From Octopus sinensis (Eukaryota): DNA of 64,000 bases. The stretch's first letter is position 1. The number at the start of each line of letters is the position of its first letter. Shown piece by piece: positions 35,494-47,530 of the stretch. Position numbers and translations under genes: made by a program. Where the stretch lies: assembly GCF_006345805.1 (NCBI RefSeq), contig NC_042998.1, forward strand, positions 175,026,001 through 175,090,000. Direction: 5' to 3'. The notes under the pieces were generated by a model. That model saw only the letters and a program-made list of their open reading frames with translations, made no database searches and was not told where the DNA came from.

Positions 35494-38308
35494 ATCTGTA
35501 AAATATATATTCAGTTGATATATACAAGAAGGATAACTGCATGTCTGGACATTCACAAAAAATAGATTCTTCACAGTGAATAGTATGCTGTGAAGCATCC
35601 TGAATAAACTGTCTACTTTGCCTTTCATCCTTTCAGGATTGTTAGAATAGAGTTCCAGTCAAGTGCTGGGATTGGTGATATCCACTTACCTCTCCACTCA
35701 AAATGGCTTGCCTTGTACCTAAATTAGAAGCTTTATTATTTAGCCCCTTGTAGATCTATAGTTAAAGATGTTCAAATGTGATAATTCAATCTTTATTTAA
35801 AGTATAATGTATCCAGAAATTATTATTTTTTTTTTTTGTAAGACAGGTGAGTTGTGATATGAAGGAGATGTGGCTCCTGTTTCTAGCAGGTCAAATGACC
35901 ATGCAGAGGCACCTTTTGCATTTAGGAGGTACTACATTTCCTGATTATCTTTGATCTTCCTGTCTAAATGGATTAATATATCCCAGAATATAGTTGCTTT
36001 GTCATTTTTATAAGACATATTTTGGTTAATGCTACTATTGTTTTCTTTGGTATCTTATAATGCTGGCATAATTCTCAGTAAATAAATGTCCTAATTCAGT
36101 CATGCTTCCACATATATTTAGTTTTGGCTAAAACATGGTTGCCAGAGACAGTATTGTGCCTTCTCAGCCTCTGCATATTCTACAGTCACTTGCATTCTAT
36201 AAAGGGTGAGAGCAATGGTATTCTTGGGGAGACTCTGAATGTCAAAGAAGATCAACTGAACAGTCTGTTCTGAAAGACTTTCAGCTTATGAACTATTGAC
36301 AACTGCCAGAAATCCTTGGCCTGGCAGTGCTACTGGTCGGGGAGGTGGGGCATTATTGGTTCAGGCTAAGCTTTTCAGACATAGAAGTGCTATCAGCTTG
36401 GCCTGCATGGGATGTATGCAAAATAATCAAACTGTTGTGTATGCACTTGTTAAGTATCTGAGTGTTACTGACTTGCAGAATTCTGTCAAATGGCTGTTGT
36501 GTGTAGGACAGATCTAGCTATCAGCTCAGTCCATTATGAAGATTTCCCCATCTCCATGTGCCTAAGAAGGACAGGTAGGTTTACATTGTATAGTGTAAAG
36601 TGCACATGGTCGAAAGGATTGAAGAGAGACACTTATATCTTAAACCAAGCCCTTATCAACTTCAAGTTCCACTTGGAAGGGTTAGTATGAAGAGGGTAGT
36701 GCTACTCTCCAAGGGATTTTCTGAATGGTGGGTGAAAGTAATGAGAGCAGTCCATATGAATGGGCCCAATCTCAGCATGTATTTTAAACCAGAGAACACA
36801 GCTGAGAGAAAGCATTTCCCTTTGGTAATTAGGGCAATTCTATATCTGTATTGCATTCTATTTCATATCTTTTGAATACTTTTATTTGCCATTTCTTTTT
36901 GGGTTTTTTTTTCCATAATTGATTCTCCATAACCCCTCGGGTTATATTTGTAATTTGTTCTTGTAATGTTCCTTCATTTACCATCCTTGTGTCATTGACA
37001 TTGTTTAGTGGAGAAGTAGAGAGTAGACCATCACCTTAAATGTCTTATAGTATTTGGTTTCTTCTTATATTTTGAGTTCATATCCCATTGGATTTGCCTA
37101 TCAACAGTTTGAGGTCAACGGAATAAGTAATATGCATGTATAGAGGTTGATTTAATCAAATCAACAAATCTGTGGCCTTGTGCCAATGCAGGATGCTATT
37201 TTTGTTATTTTGTTGTTGTTTTTATTAGGGCAGTAGATGGCAGAATTGGGACAGTGCCAAACAAAATGCTTTGTGGTATTTAGTTATGTTCTTTTACATT
37301 GTGACTTCGAATGTTGCTGAGGTTGACTTTGTTTCATCCATCCAGGGATCAGTTAAAGAAAGCAGTACCTGTCATTCAGTGGGGTCAATTGAGTTGATTG
37401 ATTCAACCTTAAACAGCTATGGCATTACGCTTAATTCAGAAATCCTTGTCAATAAAATACAGTACCACTCAAGATACAGTTTGATGTAAGTAACTCTGTC
37501 CTGCTCCTCAAGAACAACTATGCTTTTGTGGAAAATTTAAAAAAAACAAAATTATATTTTTTTTATTATTTTCATAAATGTTTATAAATTATTATTTACA
37601 ATAGACATTATTTTTACAAGTGTCTAGAAAAAAAGTATGTTAATGTTATTAACAACACCAATAGCTATATTAATTATAGCAATTGATACAGTAAATTCCT
37701 CAAGCCTATCCTGTTTGTTTAATGTTCAAACAGCTGCGACATAGTAATAGTAGTAGCAACAGCAGTAATATTAGTAGTGATATTTCTGGTATATCCTTCC
37801 AATGGTTTCAAGTTGAAAGTTTAATTTAGTCCACAATTAAGACTATACTTAGTGATTACAAATATTATGGTGGTAATAATCTAAATTGAGTAAGTTTCTT
37901 TGTCTCTATTTCATGGCTTGCAGCTTACTGTATCAAATTCTTGTATTGTTCAAGGATTTGTCTGTGTGGTTGTATTTTATTTCTTGCTGCCAACTATCAT
38001 GTTTGGTAGCTCCTAACTTGGAACAAACTCTCATCATCATCATCACAATAGTTAAACACTTTACAACTACTTGTAATAGGGTACTTTGTGAGGTTATAAC
38101 TAGTAGGAAACTGTCAGATTAAATTAGTGCAACAGGGAGGTCTTGGAAGTTACAGGTAATATGAAACTGTTAGATTATATTTGTAGGGTATTCGGTGAGG
38201 TTCCTTGTAGCAGGCGGTTGAGGGTACATGTAGTTCTATCCTCAGCGCCCGGTTGTAAATACTTTTAACCAGAGGCATTTCAGCTAAGCTGTCTTTTTGT
38301 ATCTTTAG

Positions 38309-38359
38309 GAATACATTGACCGATGTATCTTTGCTATTTTAAAGCATGTGGGGAATGAA
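38309..38359 (+). CDS. Candidate exon EYIDRCIFAILKH(VGNE); donor uncertain
   Basis: Strong acceptor ctgtctttttgtatctttag; only frame 0 is open; weak donors at 38348 and 38360. Confidence 0.25.
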
Positions 38360-38509
38360 GTTACATGTAGTATTTGACTTTGAGGTTAATAGTTGTAGAA
38401 GACTGGAAAGTTTCAAGTAACTGGAGCTGTGATACCATGAACATAAGAGGTTGGGAGATTAATATCAGTCTGAACTTTAGTTTGTAGATGTTGTACATGT
38501 GCTACTTCT

Positions 38510-38739
38510 TATTTCTTTATTGCCCACAAGAGGCTAAACATAGGGGTGACAAACAAGGACAGACAAAGGGATTAAGTCAATTACATCGACCCCAGTACGT
38601 AACTGGTACTTAATTTATCAACCCTGAAAGGATGAAAAGCAAAGCCAACCTCGACGGAATTTGAACTCAGAACGTAACAGCAGACGAAATACCGTTAAGC
38701 ATCTCACTCGGCGTGCTGTTTCTGCCAGCTCGCCGCCTT
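38510..38739 (-). mobile_element. Family B SINE
   Basis: Reverse complement is colinear with 15492-15720. Confidence 0.9.
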
Positions 38740-39194
38740 GTATACTTCTGATGAGTAATGGTAGTGTAGAAATCAAGAAATATTTCTAAATACTAATTAA
38801 TAATTTTGTGATATAATGCTATTGTTTAGTTTCATGTTTGGTCGGACATTAGGAACTTTTATTGTAATGTTACCTTCTTTTTGTAGAGGTTGCAACCCAC
38901 AAGAAATAAACCAAAGAAAGTGCCTTTTTAGGATAGCTACACTTGTGATTATTAGCATTTGAATGTGTCTCTCTCCTGCTGTCTTTAAAAAAGGCATATG
39001 CGATGATGTAGCATTTGATATCCTATATCTGGAAAAAGACAGGTTGATCATGACTGGAATTCCTTTGATCACTGCTCTTTCTAGACTGGCGATAGGCTAA
39101 ACAACAGATAAATAAAAGATGATTTATTGTGCAACCTTTGCTAATTGCCATTCATTAAATGTAATTTTAAATGGAGTTATTTACTTTTTGTTAG

Positions 39195-39615
39195 TCAAAA
39201 TTGGGGCAGCTGTAGTATATGGTATGTATAGTGAATGGTAACTGAAGTAGTCTAAATTAGGGTAGTTGCAGAGAATGGGTGACAGGGCATGTCTAAATTG
39301 AGGTAGTTGCAGAGAATGGAGGGGGGGTAGTCTGAATTAGGGCAGTTGTACTAAGTGGGAAACAGGGCTTGTCTAAATTGGGGCATTTGCAGAGAAGGGG
39401 AACAGGGCTTGTCTAAATTGGGGCATTTGCAGAGAATGAGGGATAGAGCTTATCAGAATTAGGGCAGTAGTACTGAATGGGGGACAGGGCTAATCTAAAT
39501 TGGAGCAGTTGTAGTGAATGGGGAATAGGGGACAGGGCTTGTCTAAATTGGTGCTATTGTAGTGTATTGCAAATATGTATACTGAATGATGAACAAATGT
39601 AGTCTAAATTGGAGT
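39195..39615 (+). repeat. Degenerate minisatellite, about 40-bp unit, about 9-10 copies
   Basis: Recurrent gtctaaattggggca.ttgcagagaatgggg..cagggctt, e.g. at 39250, 39291, 39371, 39411 and 39541. Confidence 0.9.
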
Positions 39616-40504
39616 AAGTGAAAATAAAATTTAGAAGAATGCTAGGCAGATGAGATTTTTAGGATGTTAGATCTAATTATATATGAAGTGGCAATGTTAA
39701 ACACTCAAACTTTGGCCACCTCTCAAATCCAGGCTGACCCGTATGGCTTATGGAGTGTTCCCTTAGTCTAACAAATAAATATAAACAAGACAGACTTGAC
39801 CTTTTTAACCTTCTAATACATTTTTATTTGCATAAAAGTATAATGACATGGCTATAGTTAAAGCAGGGCCTCACATATGTAGTACAAGTCAAGAAACTTC
39901 AATTTACAGAGATTATCCTTGCAAATTACTAAGCAAAACCTCATCTCTAAAATCTAAAAACAAAGCAATAAAATCCTGATTAAAATTTTTGGGGAAAATA
40001 GAAAATGCATTTAGTGATAGGAGTGGTGAAAGCAAGACTTGTTTCAATTGTACTAGCTCTCTTCAACAAAGCATTAGTTATGAAAGCGCGCATGCATACA
40101 CACACACATACAAGCAAACAAAAGGAACTTGTATATGTTAGTATAAGCTGTGCTTTATGATGTTTAGATCTTCCAGGACTGAGACATAGAGTTAGATAAC
40201 TGAATGATAATTGGTTAAATTTAAATTTGGATTCTACATGGTTAGTTGGTGTGTGTGAAATGCTGACAGAGTGTTTCAAGATGTGGTCTTGAAGAAGAAG
40301 GATAGGACAAAATATTTAGTTTGGCAACTGGGTGATGTGAAAACTAGGTGATAGGAGGTGATGTGTTTGGTATATTAATCACGTTTAGGTTCATGTAGTA
40401 CAGAATTGGTAATTTTAAAGTAACAGAGCCCATTGTAGTACATCTGTCGAAGTTTGTCATGGGGATTTAGTTGAAAAAAAAAACAAAAAAAAAAAACAAC
40501 ACTG

Positions 40505-40650
40505 ATAAATGAATCATCTTTATGCACTTTATAAACTGTATAAATAGTAGATTCAGTGATACCAAACTCACAGCCCATAACAAGAAATCTCCCACTGTTG
40601 TATATTTTCTTGATCATCTCTACCTTTTCCTGTTGGGAATACACCCATTT
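40505..40650 (-). mobile_element. Tigger/pogo-like transposase N-terminal HTH remnant
   Basis: QEKVEMIKKIYNSGRFLVMGCEFGITESTIYTVYKVHKD resembles the CENP-B/psq-type HTH pattern (EK.EII....G.....A.EFGI..STI.TI.K). Confidence 0.55.
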
Positions 40651-41404
40651 GCTTTATCTATTAGGATGACACCTTTGTATTTTTTCTGTTCACTAATCCT
40701 GTGTTGATGGGTACAAATATGTAAACCTCATATAGTACAACTATGTAAAAATAAGCAATAGACAGTGCATTGCATAGCTGAGCATTGTGAGTGGTTGTTG
40801 GAGTGCATTTTTGCAAAACAAGCAGACTCTTCAACTATTTGCCAGCCTGTGTTATTACAGACCAGTCTGTGGTAATCATAACATGGTTCACAATTAAGCA
40901 TAGTGTTTTCCTGGATCAGTGATGAATGAATCAGTGATAAGCAAGCCTGTATGTATATGCTTGAAAAGTTTGGGAGGATATGCTATATGTAGTTGGAGAG
41001 TTTTGGTTAGTGAGAGCTTTCCTGTCAGGGGAATATAATTACTGTAGTAACAATAAAAGTATAAAGTCATATTTATATGCATTTAGTTTTACTGCAAAAT
41101 TAAGTTCATTAAAGCCTTTTTCAGCAGTTTGGGATGATGTCTGAACTAATAGGTTTCAGCTATTATTACAAGCAGTTTGGGAGGGAGATGGGGGCATATC
41201 CTGATAAATAGTTAAATAACAATGAAACTGGTTGGCCCAGTCTTTATCCTTAGCTGCTAAAAAGCCATCATGGGCCTAATTTCAAAGTGAGACTGAATAG
41301 ATATTGGGTATTAGTCTGTGTATTTATATATTTTATCAGATAGGCTCTTTCCTTGGATGATGTATGAAACCTATGACTGTTGTATATATATTTATATATA
41401 TACT

Positions 41405-41639
41405 TACTTTTACTTTACTTTACTTTACTTTTACTTGATTCAGTCATTTGACTGCGGCCATGCTGGAGCACCGCCTTTAATCGAGCAACTCGACCCCGGG
41501 ACTTATTCTTTTGTAAGCCCAGTACTTATTCTATCGGTCTCTTTTGCCGAACCGCTAAGTAACGGGGACATAAACACACCAGCATCGGTTGTCAAGCAAT
41601 GCTAGGGGGACAAACACAGACACACAAACACACACACAC

Positions 41640-41694
<55 letters not shown>

Positions 41695-41850
41695 TATATA
41701 CGACGGGCTTCTTTCAGTTTCCGTCTACCAAATCTACTCACAAGGCTTTGGTCGACCCGAGGCTATAGTAGAAGACACTTGCCCAAGATGCCACGCAGTG
41801 GGACTGAACCCGGAACCATGTGGCTGGTAAACAAGCTACTTACCACACAG
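41405..41850 (-). mobile_element. Family A SINE, young
   Basis: Colinear with 1011-1423; (tttac)n tail variant. Confidence 0.9.
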
Positions 41851-41941
41851 AGGATGTGTATATGTATGTGGTGTTCAGACAAATTTAAAATAGTTATCAC
41901 AGCGAGAAAAACAAAATACCTTATTGAGTATTTTTCATTAG

Positions 41942-42017
41942 CAAGCTGCTGAATGTTATCCAGTTGATATTCTCATCACCATCCATCTGTTAGAGAACAC
42001 TTTAGAAACCAATTTCG
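41942..42017 (+). CDS. Candidate exon QAAECYPVDILITIHLLENTLETNF (phase 0-1)
   Basis: gagtatttttcattag acceptor, G|gtaaga donor, a single open frame. Confidence 0.4.
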
Positions 42018-42397
42018 GTAAGAGTTAATGCACATTGCTATAGCAACTCTACTACTTTTGAAGTTACTTCGCAGTTTCATATTTAGAATGTTGTATTTTG
42101 TTATCTATTTATTTATTTAGTTATTTATTTATTCTTGTTTGTGAACAACTTACATTGAACTCACATTCATCATTATTTCGGTTTAGATTTTTAATAGCTC
42201 TGCCACATGTCTGGCATCTCTGATATCATCTAATGTTATTTGGTATAATACCGTGATATTATTGAAGAGAATAGAATATGTTTCAAATGTGAGATTTTCT
42301 TCATTATATCTCATTGATTAGAAGTGCAGCAGTTGAGTGGTTAGGGTGCTGAAAGCACGTCTGTAGTTTCATGCTATAACATATTTAACTAACCAAC

Positions 42398-42548
42398 CAA
42401 CCATACCCCATTCAACTAATTGACTACATCTGTATGTTCTTCGTAGTGTAAGAAGCGTGTCATACAGTTTTGAAATATGGGCCATGAATTTGGAGGAAAT
42501 TGCATGATCTGAAATTTGAATTTGATCTGGTTGACTTGCTGTGTTAAT
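42398..42548 (+). repeat. Left arm of a 151-bp inverted duplication (decayed RTE RT sequence)
   Basis: Reverse complement of 44229-44379 with 4 mismatches. Translates LYVLRSVRSVSYSFEIWAMNLEE, cf. RTE LYDACVR..MLHGSETWA. Confidence 0.95.
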
Positions 42549-42885
42549 TCTATCAAAATGGCAGAATGCACACAAGTTGAAAAACTAGCTAAACAGTAAA
42601 ACTTGTGCGTGCTTTGAGGAAAATGGACATTAAATGATGAAACAGTTGTGCTGATATAATCATATAATGCAAATTGATTAAAATATATTTTTTATGGTTT
42701 AGAGGAAGAAGAGCAGTACCCATGAATTATTTCTAAATTTTTTCAACACTGATGGGGAAATAGATGGAGGAAGAAACCACTCCTGGTTTACTACAATAGG
42801 AAATAGTGCATCAAGATATTAAATTATCCTCAGACTGGAGCCCCAGTTTGAATTCTTTAAACAGTGTAAACACAAAGTACCAAAT

Positions 42886-43150
42886 CATCATCATCATCGT
42901 TTAGCATCCGCTTTCCATGCTAGCATGGGTTGGACGGTTCAACTGGGGTCTGCGAAGCCAGAAGGCTGCACCAGGCCCAGTCTGATCTGGCAATGTTTCT
43001 ACAGCTGGATGCCCTTCCTAACGCCAACCACTCCATGAGTGTAGTGGGTGCTTTTTACGTGCCACCGGCACAGGGGCCACGCAAGGCTGGCAACAGCCAC
43101 GAACGGATGGTGCTTTTTACGTGCCACCGGTACGAAATGGTGCTTTTTAA
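42886..43150 (-). mobile_element. Family C element
   Basis: catcatcatcgtttagcatccgctttcc...gtgctttttacgtgccaccgg modules. Confidence 0.9.
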
Positions 43151-44228
43151 ACAAGATGACTGATTAAATCTATCATCTAAGAATAACTATGCTTCACTTG
43201 ATGGATTTCTTGTACAATTTCTGTGTATTCAGTTTCACTTGCAAGGCTTTGGTTGGCCTACAACTTTTACGATAGTATGAATCGAGTTGCACCCAGAACC
43301 ATGTGACAACAAAACCAAACTAAGCAAAACATTTTGAACATTTTAAAAGTGGTCAGGTCATTGATATGTGCAAGCTGATTTTGTTGTGAATTGATGGCAG
43401 AGGTTATTCATGGGAAAATATGGTGAGGTTAAATTTGGAAAAAATTGAACTGTTAATGTTAGATGGTGCACAATTAAGACAATTTCATTTCAATTGTATT
43501 GAAAATAAATCATAGCTAGATAAAAATGGCCATTAAGAAAATAGCACATTGGTTATCATATGTATTATAGATGCAGGTATGGCTGTGTGGTTTAGAAGTT
43601 TGCCTCAGAACATTGTGGTTAGCATGAACACTATCTGTTGGTGTTACATATTATAGTCATGGGTCAACCAATACCTTGTGAGTGAAACTGGTAGACAGAA
43701 ACTGAAGAAGCTTGTCATATGTTTGCATGTATATATATATATATAATATATATATATATGTGTGTGTGTGTTTGTGTGAGTTTGTATATTCCTTTGTAAT
43801 CAACAGCCTTGCTGTCAACAAAAGCTGTGTGATCCTTGCTTGCAGTCAACCATCAAAACATGTCAAGGTTTCTTGACTTATTTTGACATGTTGCATGATC
43901 CTTGTAAACAAAAGGCTTATTCAAATGGTATTATTTCCAGTTCACCATGTAACTATATTGAAGCTGTCATTTGACAGACTAGGGGATTGTTACCTTGCTT
44001 GGAAACAGGTAAGGATTTGTGATAGAAAGGGCATCCAGTCATAGAAAATCTGCTTGAATGAATTTCATCAGACCCATGCAAGATGGAACAGAATCACAAC
44101 AAGAACTCAAGTCCTATTTTGTGTGAGGAAAGTTAGGTACAATTGAGTGAGATATGTTAGGACATCAGTCCATGGATGAGTTCTTTGTTGGCTTTCAATT
44201 ATCTTTTACCTTGCTTTTGCTTCCTACC

Positions 44229-44379
44229 ATTAGCACAGTAAGTCAACCAGATCAAATTCAAATTTCAGATCATGCAATTTCCTCCAAATTCATGGCCCAT
44301 ATTTCAAAACTGTATGACACGCTTCTTACACTACGAAGAACATACAGTTGTAGTCAATTAGTTGAAAGGGGTATGGTTG
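44229..44379 (-). repeat. Right arm of the 151-bp inverted duplication
   Basis: 147/151 identical to the reverse complement of 42398-42548. Confidence 0.95.
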
Positions 44380-44539
44380 AATGGGGTAATGATTATTACT
44401 TAATGGAAATAGCTGTAGTAAAAGTTTAGTAGCTACAAGGAGGGAGAAGAAAGAAGTTCAAAGATCCAATATTTCTATTGATAAAGGTTTTATCTCTCTG
44501 TATACGAAAGATAGTCAGCATGAAGTAGAAGAAAGAAAT

Positions 44540-44800
44540 ATCCTGCTACATGGTAGTGAGACATGGTCATTGAATGTGGATGAATGTGGAAGCTGGGAGA
44601 GAAATGAGTGGGGTGTAATCTGTTGGATATGTAACATTAACTTGCATGCAGGTAGAGAACAAGTAAGTTGAGAAAGTGACTGAACAACATTTAAAAATAT
44701 CAGTTATTGTACAAAGAAGAAACAATTGCATGGGGCATGGATGTAGACCTGTGATAAGAATGGACAATTTGCTGTAAATGGTTCTAACATATTTGCTGAG
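44540..44800 (+). mobile_element. RTE LINE reverse-transcriptase C-terminal fragment
   Basis: LLHGSETWSLNVDECGSWERNE matches the RTE LHGSETW...LERNE motif. Confidence 0.7.
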
Positions 44801-45120
44801 AGTGGAAGGGATATCTATGTAATAATAATAATGAAATTATTGTATACAGTGCTCAGGTGCATCACAACTGCTCCTGTGGTATAGAAAAACTAAGGAAGAC
44901 ATAGCAATAAATGAAGTCTGATCTGAGAGGCTGGTTGCTCTTTGTGTAGAAACCATGCTACACTATCAAGAGAAATGCTTATTTACTATACTGCAGATCC
45001 AAGCAGCATGCAAAAATAAAGTATTAACTTGATGTTGTGATGATGTTGATGACATATGTAGTACATGCCTGTGTAATGCAAACAGTACACAAATTAAAGC
45101 AAAGATAATTTCATTGCAAA

Positions 45121-45184
45121 TTGGTGGAGATAGTTGGATAGGTATGTGCATGTTGGTGGAGATAGTTGGATAGGTATGTGCATG
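45121..45184 (+). repeat. Perfect 32-bp tandem duplication at the head of a decayed family A SINE
   Basis: ttggtggagatagttggataggtatgtgcatg x2. Confidence 0.95.
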
Positions 45185-45654
45185 TGTGTGGTTGGTTAAG
45201 TTTGCTGCCTGATCACATAGTTTGGGGTTTAGTTCCACTGCATAGCACATTGGGTGGGTGTCTTCTACTTTTGTCTTGGGCTGACCAAAGCCTTGTAATT
45301 AGATTTGGTAGATGAACATGAAAGAAGCTTGTTGTGTGTGTATGTAAGTGTGTGTGTGTCTCTTTGTTTCAACATCACATGTTAATTGTGTTTCTCCCGG
45401 TCATACTACCAGCGTCATTTATTTACAATATTCTGTGAAAACATGTTTGTCCATGGAGAAGTATTATTTTGCTTGGAAAAAGGCGAGGGTCAGTGACAGG
45501 AAGGGCATCTGGCCATAGAAAATTTATCTGAATAAACTCTAACAAGCATGGAAAAGTGGATGCTAAAACAACAAGGATAATTGTGTGTGTGTGTGTGTTT
45601 GTATGTATATATATGTGGTTATAATATGTATACATATATGTGTGTGTGTGTGTA

Positions 45655-46035
45655 TAGGCACATAAAAAGCACCATTCGAGCATGATCGTTGCCAGCATCG
45701 CCTGACTGACTCCTGTGCCAGTGGCACATAAAAACACCATTTGAGCGTGGTCATTACCAGTGCCACCGGACTGGCTCCTGTGCAGGTGGTATGTAAAAAG
45801 CACCATTTGAGCATGGTCAATGCCAGTACCACCTGACTGGCCCTTTTGCTGGTGGCACGTAAAAGTACCCACTACACTCTCAGAGTGGTTGGCATTATGA
45901 AGGGCATCCAGCTGTAGAAACTTTTCCAAATAAGATTGGAGCCTGGTGCAGCCTTCTGGCTCGCCTGCCCTCAGTCAACCCATCCAACCCATGCCAGCAT
46001 GCAAAGCAGACGTTAAACGACGATGACAATGATAA
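45655..46035 (+). mobile_element. Family C element with 3-4 internal modules
   Basis: ggcacataaaaagcaccatt modules, then the gaagggcatccagctgtagaaac body and gacgttaaacgacgatgac tail. Confidence 0.88.
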
Positions 46036-46554
46036 TATATATGTATGTATGTATGTGTGTATGTAGATGTGTGTGTACACAGACATACATGCACTACTTT
46101 AAATAAATGCATGTGTATGTATCAATGTATGTATGGATGGATAGATATGAATGTATGTTTAGACACATAATCCAATGGATTTTGTCTCAATCAGCATAAA
46201 ATTTGAACTCGTCTTTCATTTATTTTCAGTATGATGGAGGTAGTTTTTCAAATGATATTTCCTTTTCAATTCGTTGAGAGTGTTATTGTTTTTACGCTTT
46301 TTTAAGATATATTTTGTTACTTCTATATTTTTCTCTTTCCATCTAAAAACATTAATTTTCTGAGCCAGTAATATGCAGGATATATTTCACTTGTTTGCTC
46401 TTTGACTATTTTTAATACTTAAAATACACATTGCACTTTTAGAAAAATTAGGGTTTCAAATAGTTAATAACTTTCTTGTTTTTGATTCCTTTTGGACCTA
46501 CTGATCACCAGTATGACGGTGATAATATTTACTTTTCTCTTCTTATATTTACAG

Positions 46555-46586
46555 CAAAACATGGAATGGAAAGAATTAATTTCTAT
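46555..46586 (+). CDS. Candidate micro-exon (A)KHGMERINFY
   Basis: Very strong acceptor tttacttttctcttcttatatttacag and phase-1 entry compatible with 41942-42017. The donor gtttgt is weak. Confidence 0.2.
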
Positions 46587-47344
46587 GTTTGTTTTATTTT
46601 GGTTGGAGGTTGTGTGTGGAGGGTGAACTGCTGATGGATATTTTAGATATTTTTATGTGGCAAAACTAGAGCGAATTAAAATCCTAGTGTGCATATCAGA
46701 TGGTCATAAGTTAACCTTACTACAATCATTGTTTCTTTGTTTTTTTTTATGTCTCTGTGAGTGGCACATAATTCTTTTAGCTGACTAAACAACTTTCACT
46801 CTTGCTTACCCAGTCATGTTGCTAGTAATAGTTAGTGGCCATCATCATCATCAGCATTTAATGTCCATTCTTTATGCTGACATGGGTTATCCAGCTGTTA
46901 AAACAAATGCCCCATTTAAACTAACCCCTGCTAGCATGGAAATGGATGTAAAACATCATCCCTGCTACCCTAAAAATGGCTTGACAGTTAACAACAATTA
47001 GGTAATAATATTATTGATGTCATGAGTGGGTACCCTGTGTGGTTCAGGGATTATTTATTCACCAAATGAGCCAGTTCAACTCAGTTTTCTTCACTGTTAG
47101 AACAGCTTTTACATTTGTTGTTTGAGCTTTAGCTGTGGTTAAAAGATAGTCAGAGAAGAGCTATCGGTACCCCTGACCTTTGTATGCCCTCACACAATCT
47201 TCTGAGATTGATGCATTTAATGCACAACTTGAACATCTTAGGCATCAGAGCAGTCAGTGTTGTTCTCCCTTTCTCTAAAGTTCCATGTCTATTGTAAGAC
47301 ATCAATATTTAGTTAATCCTTAGCTTATAATGATTTTATTCAGC

Positions 47345-47530
47345 ATCAGTATTGTCGCCATTTAACATTCGTTTTTCCAGGTTTGTATGTATTCTCCAGC
47401 ACAGCATCTCGTCACGTATTGTAATTCTTTATCATCTCCTTCATGACATTCAGCTTTCTGAGTTCAACCTGTGTTTCTTTCCACGTTTCTTTAAAAGTCT
47501 TCCTCTTTTACAAGTTCCACTCCATTAGAT
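47345..47530 (-). mobile_element. RTE LINE 3' end fragment
   Basis: Reverse complement resembles the RTE C-terminus (G.C.RGR..KTW.E...L..L....EM....R..WR.AV.E) followed by ggaaaaacgaatgttaaatg, the same tail as family C. Confidence 0.55.

Noticed and set aside
36150-36900. GC-richer block with several ORFs, faintly like a Tx1/L1 RT C-terminus
   Set aside because: The motifs are too decayed to support a call.
38748-38775. CTGATGAG hammerhead core
   Set aside because: No paired stems and no properly placed GAAAC.
39195-39615. CRISPR array
   Set aside because: Eukaryotic context, linkers homologous to one another, degenerate repeats and no cas genes.
47365-47520. Exon-like segment after the strong acceptor cgtttttccag
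   Set aside because: It is the reverse complement of an RTE 3' end.
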